Both the position numbers and the translations under genes were made by a program. From an uncultured Alphaproteobacteria bacterium (GTDB taxonomy: Bacteria > Pseudomonadota > Alphaproteobacteria > Rhizobiales > Xanthobacteraceae), in assembly GCA_963742215.1 (NCBI GenBank), contig CAVULJ010000009.1:84623-148622 (forward strand): a stretch of DNA of 64,000 bases. Reading direction: 5' to 3'. Below are positions 29,530 to 38,554 of this stretch, one piece after another. Under the pieces are notes generated by a model. That model had not been told where the DNA came from. It ran no database searches and saw nothing but the letters and a program-made list of their open reading frames with translations. The number at the start of each line of letters is the position of its first letter. The first letter of the stretch is position 1.

Positions 29530-29770
29530 AGCTGGTCTCCCGGCTTTGCACTGGTAATGAGTTAATAACGCCGAAACCACCCCACTATTTCACATGTGAC
29601 GCAGAAAATTGGCTGGTTCGCCCCGTTTGTACGCCGCGGCAATGTCCGCTCACAAGGGCGTTGCCCGCTGCAATAATGGCAAGGAAATCACGGCTCAATA
29701 CTGGGTCTGTAACGTAATTCACAGTCCAGCCGACCGTGAAAAGGCCCACTGTTTTTCCGCAGTGCAAACG

Positions 29771-29840
29771 GTCGCTTCTGGCCCTTGGCGGACACGCCGG
29801 TCAGCGCGTGCCGCGGCAGCTAATGACCCAAAGCGGACAT
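29771..29840. repeat. REP-type element (short form)
   Basis: GTCGCTTCTGGCCCTTGGCGGACACGCCGGTCAGCGCGTGCCGCGGCAGCTAATGACCCAAAGCGGACAT. Confidence 0.6.
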
Positions 29841-29949
29841 GCGCGATGCGTCCGCGCTCTGAGCTGGAGCATAGTCATCGCCGATACGATTGCACGCCTT
29901 GTCAGAAATCGGGTGTCGCGCCGCTGCTACTCGGGGCAGATGTGTGTCG

Positions 29950-30432
29950 ATGCCGAGCCAAATGACCCGCAAGACCTATGGGACCGTCAGCGCCGACAGG
30001 CGGAAGGAGATGAGTGGCTTGGAGTTCGTCCAAGGGCTCGTAGACGGGACGCTGCCCCTGAATACAATCGCCGAGACCTTGGGCTACGACGTGACGGAGG
30101 TGATGAGTGGGCGCGTCGTCGTCACAGCAACGCCGAATGGCACTCACCTTAATCCTGCCGGCACTGTGCACGGCGGTCTCGCCGCCACGATGCTCGACAG
30201 CTGCATGGGCCTCGCCATCCAGTCAAAGCTCGATAAGGGTATCAGCTCGACGACGCTCGAATTCAAGATTTCACTCCTGCGACCAATCACGCCGGGAACG
30301 GGTTTCATCAAGGCTGAGGGCGTCGTTTTGAGCTGTGGCCGCCGTGTCGGGACAGCCGAAGGGCGAATCACAGATCACCAGGGGCGCTTGGTCGCCCACG
30401 GAACGACGACGTGTTTGATTTTTCAGAACTGA
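29950..30432 (+). CDS. PaaI-family (hotdog fold) thioesterase
   Basis: …LNPAGTVHGGLAATMLDSCMGLAI… and …RVGTAEGRITDHQGRLVAHGTTTCLIF are typical of the PaaI/4HBT family. Start 29950 or 29962. Confidence 0.8.
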   Translation: MPSQMTRKTYGTVSADRRKEMSGLEFVQGLVDGTLPLNTIAETLGYDVTEVMSGRVVVTATPNGTHLNPAGTVHGGLAATMLDSCMGLAIQSKLDKGISSTTLEFKISLLRPITPGTGFIKAEGVVLSCGRRVGTAEGRITDHQGRLVAHGTTTCLIFQN

Positions 30433-30643
30433 GCGTCACATCTCGGCATCGAATGTCCACTTATGACCCAAAGCGACATTCGACCAAGGATTACAGGACC
30501 ACCGCGTTCAGCCCGGCCAGGACGGACATCGCTACTGGTCTCCATTGAGATTACAATGTTGTATTGCAACCCATAGAACGAGATAATGCGGAGTGAGATT
30601 GCCGACCGTTTCTCGGGAGAGCGTGATAAAAACGCGATATTCC

Positions 30644-31153
30644 ATGTTTGCCGGCTATAATGCTTGGTGCAACGAACGGCTCTATGATGCCGCCGCCAGG
30701 GTGTCGGATGCTGACTATCGCGCCAACCGCGGCGCTTTCTTCAAGTCCCTGCATGGCACCCTCAACCACTTGCTGGTCGGAGACCGCATCTGGATGCAAC
30801 GCTTTACCGGCAAGGGCGAGTTGCCGCCAAGTCTTGATGCTATCCTTTATGACGATTTTGCTGGGCTTCGCGCCGCGCGAATTAGCGAGGATGCGTACAT
30901 CAGCGCCTATATTGATGCCCTGAGTGAGGCCGACCTTGTTGGCTTTATTCGCTTCCGTACCTTTGTGCGGCCGACCGATATCGAACAAGAACTTTCCCCG
31001 GCACTCGACCACTTTTTTAATCACCAGACCCACCATCGTGGCCAAGCGCACGCTCTACTTTCTTCAATCATCGGCAATGACACGACGCCGAGTTTCGACT
31101 TAATTATATACCAGCGCGAAACCGGACAAGGCCGACTGCGTGTCGCGTGCTGA
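30644..31153 (+). CDS. DinB-family (damage-inducible, metal-binding four-helix bundle) protein
   Basis: MFAGYNAWCNERLYDAA...LNHLLVGDRIWMQRF...HFFNHQTHHRGQAHALL is the DinB pattern. Internal ATG 30644 is preferred. Confidence 0.8.
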   Translation: MFAGYNAWCNERLYDAAARVSDADYRANRGAFFKSLHGTLNHLLVGDRIWMQRFTGKGELPPSLDAILYDDFAGLRAARISEDAYISAYIDALSEADLVGFIRFRTFVRPTDIEQELSPALDHFFNHQTHHRGQAHALLSSIIGNDTTPSFDLIIYQRETGQGRLRVAC

Positions 31154-31225
31154 TCCGATACCTCACTGCCCGTTAGCATCGGCATGATAGGTGATCGAAT
31201 AGAGATGCTATTTGCTGCGGTGCAT

Positions 31226-32738
31226 GAGTCCGCTTATGGCCCTTAGCGGACGCGCCGGTTGATGACAGCCGCGGCAGCTTTCGGAGGCAAAGATGGGGTA
31301 ATCGGCCGGCGTTCTTGTGGATAGCTAAAGATTGTGGGTGCTGCGCTTCAGGCTGATGGTTCAACGAGGTCCGTGTGCACGGCCTCAAGCATCAGAAGGA
31401 GAAGCGCAGCATGGACTATTTTGCTGGACTGGACGTATCGGTCAAGGAGACCAGCGTCTGCATTGTGGATGACGCGGGCAAGATCGTTCGGGAAGTGAAG
31501 GTCGCGAGCGAACCCGAAGCGTTGTTGGCGGTGCTGAGGAACCCCGCCTACCGCTTCAAGCGGATTGGATTGGAAGCCGGACCATTGTCGCAATGGCTGT
31601 TCAGCGGTCTCGCCGAAGCCGAGTTACCGGCGGTCTGTGTTGAGACACGGCACATGCGAGCAGTGTTGAAGGCGCAGATCAACAAGACGGACCGCAACGA
31701 CGCTCGCGGTATCGCACAGATGATGCGGGTGGGACTTTACCGCCCGGTGCATGTGAAGACGTTACGCAGTCAAAAACTGCGGATGCTGCTGACCCATCGC
31801 AAGCTACTACAGTCGAAGGCCATTGCCGTCGACAATGACCTGCGCGGGACTTTGCGTAACTTCGGTCTCAAGGTAGGCATGGTGGGGACGGTGAAGTTCG
31901 AGGCACGCATCAAGGAGCTGGTCGAGAACTTGCCCGACCTGGCTGTGCTGGTCGAACCGCTGCTTGTCGTCCGGCGGGTGCTTCGCGAGCAGTTTGTCAT
32001 CCTACATCGTCGTTTGCTGGCCATCGTGCGAGACGACGAGGTGTGCCGGCGCCTGATAACGACCCCCGGGGTCGGCCCCGTGGTAGCGCTGACCTATCGC
32101 GCCACCGTCGACGTACCGGCTCGGTTCCGTAAATCCAAGGCAGTCGGTGCCGTGTTTGGGCTGACGTGTTCCAAGTATCAATCCGGCGAGATCGATCGAA
32201 GCGGCAGAATATCACGCTGCGGAGATGAGATGATGCGGGTCATGCTCTACGAAGCAGCTCAGAGCATGCTGCGTTCGAAGAAATGGTCTTGGCTCAAAGC
32301 CTGGGCGATGCAGATCGCCAGGCGCCGCGGGATGAAGAAGGCGATCGTGGCGCTGGCACGCCGACTGGCCGTGATCATGCACCGCATCTGGGTTGACGGC
32401 ACCGAGTTCCGCTGGACCCGGGAACACGTCGCGGCGGCAGCATAAAAACCGTGCAGGATCAATTACGATAGGAGAACACTCGAGCTCCACCCAGCGGTGG
32501 AATGATGTCCCTCGCGGGACGATGGATGAGGTGAGTTCGCATGTCCGCTTGGACCTACCGTTCGTCTGACGGCAACGCCGCGGTAAAGATTGTTCCGCCT
32601 CGTCTTCGAATCCCATGATGGAAGGGCCTTGGTGCCGATTCCGAAGAGAAGCACGAGCCCGTGAGCGACATCGACACTGCAGCGGCGAAAAGTCTGAAAG
32701 TGCTTGACCCCAAACGGCCGATTAGAGAAGCGGACATC
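31226..32738 (+). mobile_element. IS110-family insertion sequence, copy B
   Basis: Same 1,513-bp block as copy A, offset by exactly 5,730 bp, in the same orientation. Confidence 0.85.
31411..32445 (+). CDS. IS110-family transposase (DEDD recombinase), 344 aa
   Basis: Translation is identical to the copy A transposase. Confidence 0.9.
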   Translation: MDYFAGLDVSVKETSVCIVDDAGKIVREVKVASEPEALLAVLRNPAYRFKRIGLEAGPLSQWLFSGLAEAELPAVCVETRHMRAVLKAQINKTDRNDARGIAQMMRVGLYRPVHVKTLRSQKLRMLLTHRKLLQSKAIAVDNDLRGTLRNFGLKVGMVGTVKFEARIKELVENLPDLAVLVEPLLVVRRVLREQFVILHRRLLAIVRDDEVCRRLITTPGVGPVVALTYRATVDVPARFRKSKAVGAVFGLTCSKYQSGEIDRSGRISRCGDEMMRVMLYEAAQSMLRSKKWSWLKAWAMQIARRRGMKKAIVALARRLAVIMHRIWVDGTEFRWTREHVAAAA

Positions 32739-32835
32739 CTAATTTGACCGCGCCGCGGCAGCTAATGACCCAAACTGGCCATCGCGCCAGGGCGTGCGCG
32801 TGAAGTACTGGCCGCGGCTGCGGCTTATTGCGATG

Positions 32836-33588
32836 CTAAAATTCTTCGAGTAGACGCCCGAGGCCGGGAACCTTGTCCGTGATGCCGTTCTGGCGCAGCG
32901 CATGCCAATAGGTTGCCGTATTGATCGCAATCACCGGCTTGCCCAACCAGTTTTCGGCTTCGGCGGCGAGACGCACCATGCTGAGGTTGGTTCCGACCTG
33001 GAAGATCGCATCGGTATCGCGGCCGTCGCCGTTGAGCTCAATCAATCTGCCCCGCAAGAAGTCGGGTGGGACTTCGGCAATGCCGGTCCAGCTTTTGCAC
33101 GCCAGGTAAATGTCGCGAACGACCTCAAAACCCAATTCCGTGAAATATCGCCTCACCTCGGCATTGGCGACGGGATAATAAGGAGACAGGAAGGCAATAC
33201 GCTTGATGCCGCCATAGGCCTTCAACGCCGCAGTGCTGGAATGCGCGCCGATGCTGACGCCGACACCGGACTCGCGCTCGATCCTCGCCACGAACGCGTC
33301 CGCTCCCGCGACGCCGCCGTAAAACGTGATCGATGACATGCCCATCACGAGATAGTCCGGCGCGCAGGTCATGACGCTGCGCACGGCATCCAGAACGTTG
33401 TTGCCGATGGCTTGAATCCCGGCGCTGAATGTCTCGTTGCTCACCGCTTGAGCGTTTGGGGTAAAAATCCGGCTGTAATGATTGGTGACGCCTGGCGGCC
33501 GCATCATTTCGAAATCGGGCTGCACGACGGTGTTGGTGGACGGCCCGATGACGCCAAACTTCTTCCGCCAGCCCAGCACATCTCGCAT
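32836..33588 (-). CDS. Asp/Glu-racemase-superfamily protein (maleate cis-trans isomerase / arylmalonate decarboxylase-like)
   Basis: …KFGVIGPSTNTVVQPDFE…, …IAFLSPYYPVANAEVRRYFTELGFEV…, …AIFQVGTNLSM… are typical of this family. Internal ATG 33588 gives the usual length of about 250 aa. Confidence 0.7.
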   Translation of the reverse strand: MRDVLGWRKKFGVIGPSTNTVVQPDFEMMRPPGVTNHYSRIFTPNAQAVSNETFSAGIQAIGNNVLDAVRSVMTCAPDYLVMGMSSITFYGGVAGADAFVARIERESGVGVSIGAHSSTAALKAYGGIKRIAFLSPYYPVANAEVRRYFTELGFEVVRDIYLACKSWTGIAEVPPDFLRGRLIELNGDGRDTDAIFQVGTNLSMVRLAAEAENWLGKPVIAINTATYWHALRQNGITDKVPGLGRLLEEF

Positions 33589-33984
33589 CGCGAAAACTCT
33601 CCGGAAAACTCTATCCGCAAAATCATAGCGAAACACGAACTCGCGCTCGACTCCCTGGACAAAGGTATGCGCCGAAGCGCACGACATCGCAGTAAGCCAG
33701 GTGCGCTCCCCAATGGGGGTCACGCCCGATGCAATGTGGGGGGGAATATCACGCCCCAATCGCCACGTCTGTTTTTGACTCTTAGCGTTGGCGGCGTGCT
33801 CTCGCGACTAGCCTCCTCCATTGGGCCCTGAGAAAAGTCCACCTTTGACCCGAAACTGACTTGATGTCGCATGCCGCGCATCCGTCTTGCGGCAGCCCCG
33901 CAAAAAAGTGAACATCCGGGCCGGTTTGGGGTTTGATCGGCCGCCGCCGAACAAAAATGACAGGCGGCCGCGTGGGAGGAAATC

Positions 33985-34968
33985 ATGGGTTTTGCACGTG
34001 CTCTCGCGGCATCGATTTTTACCGCATCTGTGTTGGCAAGCGCCGCCGTTTCGGCGCAGACCTATCCGGATCGCCCCGTCACCCTGATCGTGGCGTTTCC
34101 GCCGGGCGGCGCCGACGATGCGACCGCGCGCATCATCCAGGATCCGTTCCAGAAGGCGCTCGGCCAGCCGCTCGTGATCGAAAATATCGGCGGCGCCGGC
34201 GGCATGATCGCCGCCGCCAAGGCCGCCCGCGCCGACCCCGACGGCTACACGATCCTGCTGCACCAGCCCGCGCTGGCGGCGGGCATGACGCTCTATCCGG
34301 ATCGCACCTTCGACGCCGAGAAGGATTTTGTCCCCATCGGCCTCGTCAATATCACCTCGAATACGCTGGCGGGGCGTCCGACGCTGCCGCCGAACAACTT
34401 CAAGGAACTGTTGGCCTGGATGAAACAGCCCGACCAGAGCATCAAGGTCGGTCATCCCGGCGTCGGTTCGTTCGGTCACTTGGCCGAAGTGCTGATCTTT
34501 CACGAGCTCGGTGTAACGGTTACCCAGGTTCCCTATCGCGGCGCCGGTCCGGCGCTGGTCGACCTGTTGGGCGGGCAAGTGGATCTGAGCCCGATATCGT
34601 CCGTCGTCGCCGGACCTTTGGTCACCGGCGGCAAGATGAAGGCGTACGCCGTCATCGGCAAAAGACATTTCGCCGCGTTACCGGACCTGCCGACCTTCGG
34701 CGACCTTGGTTACAAGAAGCTCGATGTCGATTTCTGGCACATGCTGCTGGCGCCGGCCGGCACGCCGCGCCCGATCGTCGACAAGCTCAATAAAGCGCTG
34801 CGCGCCGCGCTTGCCGATCCCAAGGTGCAAAAGCTCTACGCCGACGGCGGGATCGTCGAGTATCCGTCCGACCAGGAAACGCCCGAAGCCGCGGCCGCAC
34901 TGCTCAAGAGTGAAATTGCACTCTGGGGCGATGTTGTCCGCGCCAACCACATCGCGGCAGCGCAATAG
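33985..34968 (+). CDS. Bug-family (TctC-like) tripartite tricarboxylate transporter substrate-binding protein
   Basis: Signal peptide, then the hallmark YPDRPVTLIVAFPPGGADDATARI and ...IENIGGAGGMIAA.... Confidence 0.9.
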   Translation: MGFARALAASIFTASVLASAAVSAQTYPDRPVTLIVAFPPGGADDATARIIQDPFQKALGQPLVIENIGGAGGMIAAAKAARADPDGYTILLHQPALAAGMTLYPDRTFDAEKDFVPIGLVNITSNTLAGRPTLPPNNFKELLAWMKQPDQSIKVGHPGVGSFGHLAEVLIFHELGVTVTQVPYRGAGPALVDLLGGQVDLSPISSVVAGPLVTGGKMKAYAVIGKRHFAALPDLPTFGDLGYKKLDVDFWHMLLAPAGTPRPIVDKLNKALRAALADPKVQKLYADGGIVEYPSDQETPEAAAALLKSEIALWGDVVRANHIAAAQ

Positions 34969-34976
34969 GGATTATC

Positions 34977-35702
34977 TCAACCCTTGGCGTAGAAAACCGG
35001 CACCGGGACGCCCCGCGAGATCGCCTCGATGCGGGTGTCCTCGGCCCGCTTTTTCGTCTCGCACAGTTCCAGCACCGTCATGATGTCGGCGCGCGGGATG
35101 AAGCAGACGCCGGTATCATCGGCGACGACGAGATCGCCGGGATTGACCCGCACCTCGCCCATCTGGATCTCGCCGTTGATCTCGACGGTTTCGAGCCGCC
35201 ATTTGCCGGTGGCCGGCGTGATCTCGCTGGCCCAGACCGGATAGCCGATCGAGCGCGAATGCCGCACATCGCGCACGCCGCCCATGACGATGGCGCCGCG
35301 TTCGCCTTGCCGCTGGCCGGTATAGGACGAGATGCCGCCCATATTCGACATGCCGGCGACGCCCGAAATCACCAGCACGTCGCCATCCTCCGCCAGATTG
35401 TGCGCCTCGAACTCGGCCATGCGGTTGACGTGCGTCTTGGCGGCAAGAGGATCGGAACGCTGCCTGATATTGCGCACGGTGAGCGCCGGGCCGACGATCA
35501 GGCTGCCGGGCAGCGTCGGCTTGAGCGTCGTCGCGCCGATCACGCCTTCGGGCACGCCGAGCTCATCCATCACGTCCGAAATCAGGCTGGTGCACTCGCC
35601 GAGCGCGAGGAACCGTTCCACCGCGCCCGGCGGCGGTTTCGGCGTCGATTGCATCCGGATGCGATCGGCCGCGATCCGGCCAGTCAGCGTCTTGTCGGGC
35701 AT
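34977..35702 (-). CDS. RraA-family protein (regulator of RNase E activity / 4-hydroxy-4-methyl-2-oxoglutarate aldolase family)
   Basis: …GDVLVISGVAG…, …GAIVMGGVRDV…, …GDLVVADDTGVCFIP… are RraA-family motifs. ATG 35702 is preferred over the listed upstream start. Confidence 0.85.
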   Translation of the reverse strand: MPDKTLTGRIAADRIRMQSTPKPPPGAVERFLALGECTSLISDVMDELGVPEGVIGATTLKPTLPGSLIVGPALTVRNIRQRSDPLAAKTHVNRMAEFEAHNLAEDGDVLVISGVAGMSNMGGISSYTGQRQGERGAIVMGGVRDVRHSRSIGYPVWASEITPATGKWRLETVEINGEIQMGEVRVNPGDLVVADDTGVCFIPRADIMTVLELCETKKRAEDTRIEAISRGVPVPVFYAKG

Positions 35703-35842
35703 GATGGCGTTTCCTCTCGATAGGCGTTCAATCAAACTCGCGGCGGGAGCTGAGCAGATCAAAGCCTGCGATCTTTCCCGCAACACCATGACCGAGGCAA
35801 TGGGTTTCACCTCGTTCAGGGCTGTTCGTGCCATTTGACAAC

Positions 35843-35863
35843 ATATTGCCGATATGACAATAT
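35843..35863. promoter_or_regulatory. Inverted repeat ATATTG-N9-CAATAT directly before the marR-type gene (candidate operator), preceded by TTGACA
   Basis: Seen directly in the 167-bp divergent intergenic region. TTGACA lies at 35835-35840. The regulatory function is inferred. Confidence 0.3.
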
Positions 35864-35869
35864 AGAACC

Positions 35870-36334
35870 ATGAACATCGAAACCAGACCGCAATCCATCG
35901 TTCCGATTGTCGTGGCGGACATCTACGAGCTGGCCGGTCGCTTGCGCGAATCCGGCGAGACCATCGCCAAAACCGTCGGCCAGACCCAGGCGCGCTGGCA
36001 GGTGCTGAGCGCAGCCTCCGGAGCGCCGCAGACCGTGCCGCAGATCGCCCGCGTGCTCGGCGTTACCCGGCAGAACGTCCAGCGCATCGCCGATCTGTTG
36101 GTCGCCGAAGGCTTGGCGCAGTACCAGGACAATCCGGACCACCGGGTGTCGCCGCACCTCATTCTGACCCGGCGCGGCCGCGCCGCGTTCGATCAGCTGA
36201 TGAAGGCGGCGGCCGGATTCCACGCCCGGCTGGCGCGCAAGCTCACCCCTTCCGACGCCGCTTCGTTGCAGCGCGGACTGCGTCGGCTGCTCGAAGCGCT
36301 GACGGAAACCGACCCCCTCAACCCCAGCAAGTAG
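35870..36334 (+). CDS. MarR-family transcriptional regulator
   Basis: Winged-helix core …QARWQVLSAASGAPQTVPQIARVLGVTRQNVQRIADLLVAEGLA…DHRVSPHLILTRRG…. Confidence 0.85.
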   Translation: MNIETRPQSIVPIVVADIYELAGRLRESGETIAKTVGQTQARWQVLSAASGAPQTVPQIARVLGVTRQNVQRIADLLVAEGLAQYQDNPDHRVSPHLILTRRGRAAFDQLMKAAAGFHARLARKLTPSDAASLQRGLRRLLEALTETDPLNPSK

Positions 36335-36345
36335 GAGACCCAGCC

Positions 36346-36741
36346 ATGTTCGATATCGACACTATTGCCGATTGCATGAAGGCGAGCTTCGCCAACACGC
36401 CGTTTCCCAAAGTCGTCGAGCGTCTCGCCGGCGCCGGCGTGAAGTCCTACACCGCCGATCTGGTGAAACTGCGCAAGACCTATTACGGCGCCGAGCGCGA
36501 AGCCCATGACGAGGCGATGCCGCTAGAGAAGGCGCCGGCCATTGCCGTGGCGTTCGATCCGCCCGGCGTCGCCGCAACTGTAAAAACCATCCAGCGCGGC
36601 GAGATCGGCTACGCCGAGTTCCTGCGCCACATCATGGCGTCGGGCTGTTCGCACTACGAGGTATTCTTCGACGGCCGCAAGGCGATGTATTTCGGCCGCG
36701 ACGGCGAGTTCTATACCGAGCCGATCCCGGCGAAGAAGTAA
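36346..36741 (+). CDS. DUF1398 domain protein
   Basis: …FPKVVERLAGAGVKSYTADL…IQRGEIGYAEFLRHIMASGCSHYEVFFDGRKAMYFGRDGEFY resembles DUF1398 (YbcV-like) as I remember it. Confidence 0.65.
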   Translation: MFDIDTIADCMKASFANTPFPKVVERLAGAGVKSYTADLVKLRKTYYGAEREAHDEAMPLEKAPAIAVAFDPPGVAATVKTIQRGEIGYAEFLRHIMASGCSHYEVFFDGRKAMYFGRDGEFYTEPIPAKK

Positions 36742-36747
36742 GCGGCG

Positions 36748-37575
36748 TTACTCGGCCGCCGCCGCCGTTTCGGCCAGCACCGGCGCCTTCTCGTTGGTAC
36801 CGGATTCCGGCAGCAGCGCTGCGGCCTTCAGGCCGGCCTGGACTTTTGGCACCGTCGTCTTCACGTCGGTGATCGGCAGGCCATGGGTCGGCGCGATGGT
36901 TTTGACGCCAAGGCGCTCGATCAGATGGTCGAGCCGGTCGCAATAGACGTTCATGTCGGCGAACTTGGTCCAGAACAGAGCGAGGTCCGCGAAGGTCGCC
37001 GATACGTCCGGCAGATCGAGCGAGACGGCTTCCTCGGCGACGAGACCGCAATGGCCGTCCTCGTGATAGTGGCTATAGGCAAAGCCGTCGCCTGGAAACA
37101 GCACGCGCTCCTTGGTGTCAAAACCCCACCAGGTGGTGCGCAGGTCGCGGATCACCGGTTCGACCGCCATCAGCGTGCGGCCGCCGAGCGCGATCTCGTC
37201 GCCCTCCTTCATCCACCGCATGCGGTGTTCGTATTGCGGGAAGGCGAGGTGATAATCGCTGACATCGCCGACCAAGAGCGCATCGGGGAAGGATTTGAGG
37301 ATGCGGCCAAGCCCCCCGCAATGCGGCGTCTCCTGGTGGGTGACGAACAGATATTTGAGCGGCGCCACACCTTGCGCAAACAGCTCGTTCAGGTGCCGTT
37401 CGATGACCGGAAAATCTTTCGGATGACCCGTCTCGACCAGGATCGAGGCGTCTTCGCCGGCGACCAGGAAGGCGGCGTTATAGCCGTGATAGACCTTGCC
37501 CTTGTGCCGCTGCAGCAGACAATCGCCGATCCAGAACACGCCAGGCGCGATCTCGCGGGGCATTTTTCCGGCCAT
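36748..37575 (-). CDS. MBL-fold protein of the di-iron (flavodiiron/ODP-like) type
   Basis: …NAAFLVAGEDASILVETGHP… and the motif THQETPHCGG (an H-x-E-x-x-H variant of the H-x-E-x-D-H di-iron motif), plus downstream His/Asp residues (…FPGDGFAYSHYHEDGHCG…). Confidence 0.65.
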   Translation of the reverse strand: MAGKMPREIAPGVFWIGDCLLQRHKGKVYHGYNAAFLVAGEDASILVETGHPKDFPVIERHLNELFAQGVAPLKYLFVTHQETPHCGGLGRILKSFPDALLVGDVSDYHLAFPQYEHRMRWMKEGDEIALGGRTLMAVEPVIRDLRTTWWGFDTKERVLFPGDGFAYSHYHEDGHCGLVAEEAVSLDLPDVSATFADLALFWTKFADMNVYCDRLDHLIERLGVKTIAPTHGLPITDVKTTVPKVQAGLKAAALLPESGTNEKAPVLAETAAAAE

Positions 37576-37578
37576 AAC

Positions 37579-38508
37579 TCAGCGCTCCTCGTCGCGGGTG
37601 ACGTAGCGCGACACCGCCACGCTTTTGTCGCAAGCTTTCAAAAACTCATCCAGCATCCGGTAGTGCCGCGCCACTACGTTGCGGCCGCGCAGGATGCAGC
37701 CATAGCCGGGCGCGATGGTCTCGATGTCGTATTTGTCGAACACGTTGCCGATGCCGCGGCGGATCGAGTCGGTCGGCGCGCCTTCGAGCCACCAATAGCG
37801 CGTGTTCAGCATGAACGAGCGAACGTCGGAGAGCGACGTTGAGTCGTTGTCCGATGCGGTAACGATCCACGGACCGTTCTGGCTGTCGCGCCAGACATGG
37901 GTGAACATATCGGATGAGAACAGCGTTCGCGTCGCGCGGTCGTAGAGCCAGCGTGTGGCGATCAGCCGGATCGGCGCCTGCATGACGTCGATCGCCCGGC
38001 CGCCCTTGCCAAGCTCGATCGTGTCGGCCCTGGTGACCGCGGTGACCTTCATCGATTTGAGGATGTCGCGGCCTCCCGCCCTGGCGCCGAAATCGAACCA
38101 CAAAGCCGCATCGATATTGCTGGTGTAGCAGGTCTCGACGTTGAAATGGCCGGCAAAACTCTCGACGTTGTTGATCGACATGAATTCGTTGAGCCGCAGC
38201 GGGAACATCGACAGCGGCAGTCCCGGTGCGATCAGCTGCTCGATCTGGGTCCGGATCGTCCGCTCGTCCTTGCCGAAGCCGGTATCGATCAGCATGGCGG
38301 CGTCGCTTTGCGTCAACAGATAGCTGTTGGCCACTGAAAATCCCCGGGCGCTTCCCGGATAGGAGCTGACCCGGCCGTCAAGCGCGAAGGGATTTTGCAG
38401 CGCGTAGAGCCGATCGTCCGCCAGCGAGGCGATGCCGCCGGTAAAGCCTTGCGGCCCGCGCGTTTGCTTATGCGATTCTTGCGGCGGGTATTGGGTCACT
38501 ATCGACAT
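37579..38508 (-). CDS. Divergent MBL-fold-like protein lacking the metal motif (paralogous partner of the downstream gene)
   Basis: …SYLLTQSDAAMLIDTGFGKD… has an MBL-like beta-strand pattern, but the H-x-H-x-D-H position reads FPLRLNEFMSINN. There is a 3-nt gap to the next gene and a 46-nt gap after lanM. Confidence 0.5.
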   Translation of the reverse strand: MSIVTQYPPQESHKQTRGPQGFTGGIASLADDRLYALQNPFALDGRVSSYPGSARGFSVANSYLLTQSDAAMLIDTGFGKDERTIRTQIEQLIAPGLPLSMFPLRLNEFMSINNVESFAGHFNVETCYTSNIDAALWFDFGARAGGRDILKSMKVTAVTRADTIELGKGGRAIDVMQAPIRLIATRWLYDRATRTLFSSDMFTHVWRDSQNGPWIVTASDNDSTSLSDVRSFMLNTRYWWLEGAPTDSIRRGIGNVFDKYDIETIAPGYGCILRGRNVVARHYRMLDEFLKACDKSVAVSRYVTRDEER

Positions 38509-38554
38509 GATGACCAGACCTTATCGGGCTTGCCCGGCGAAGGGAACAGGCCGC

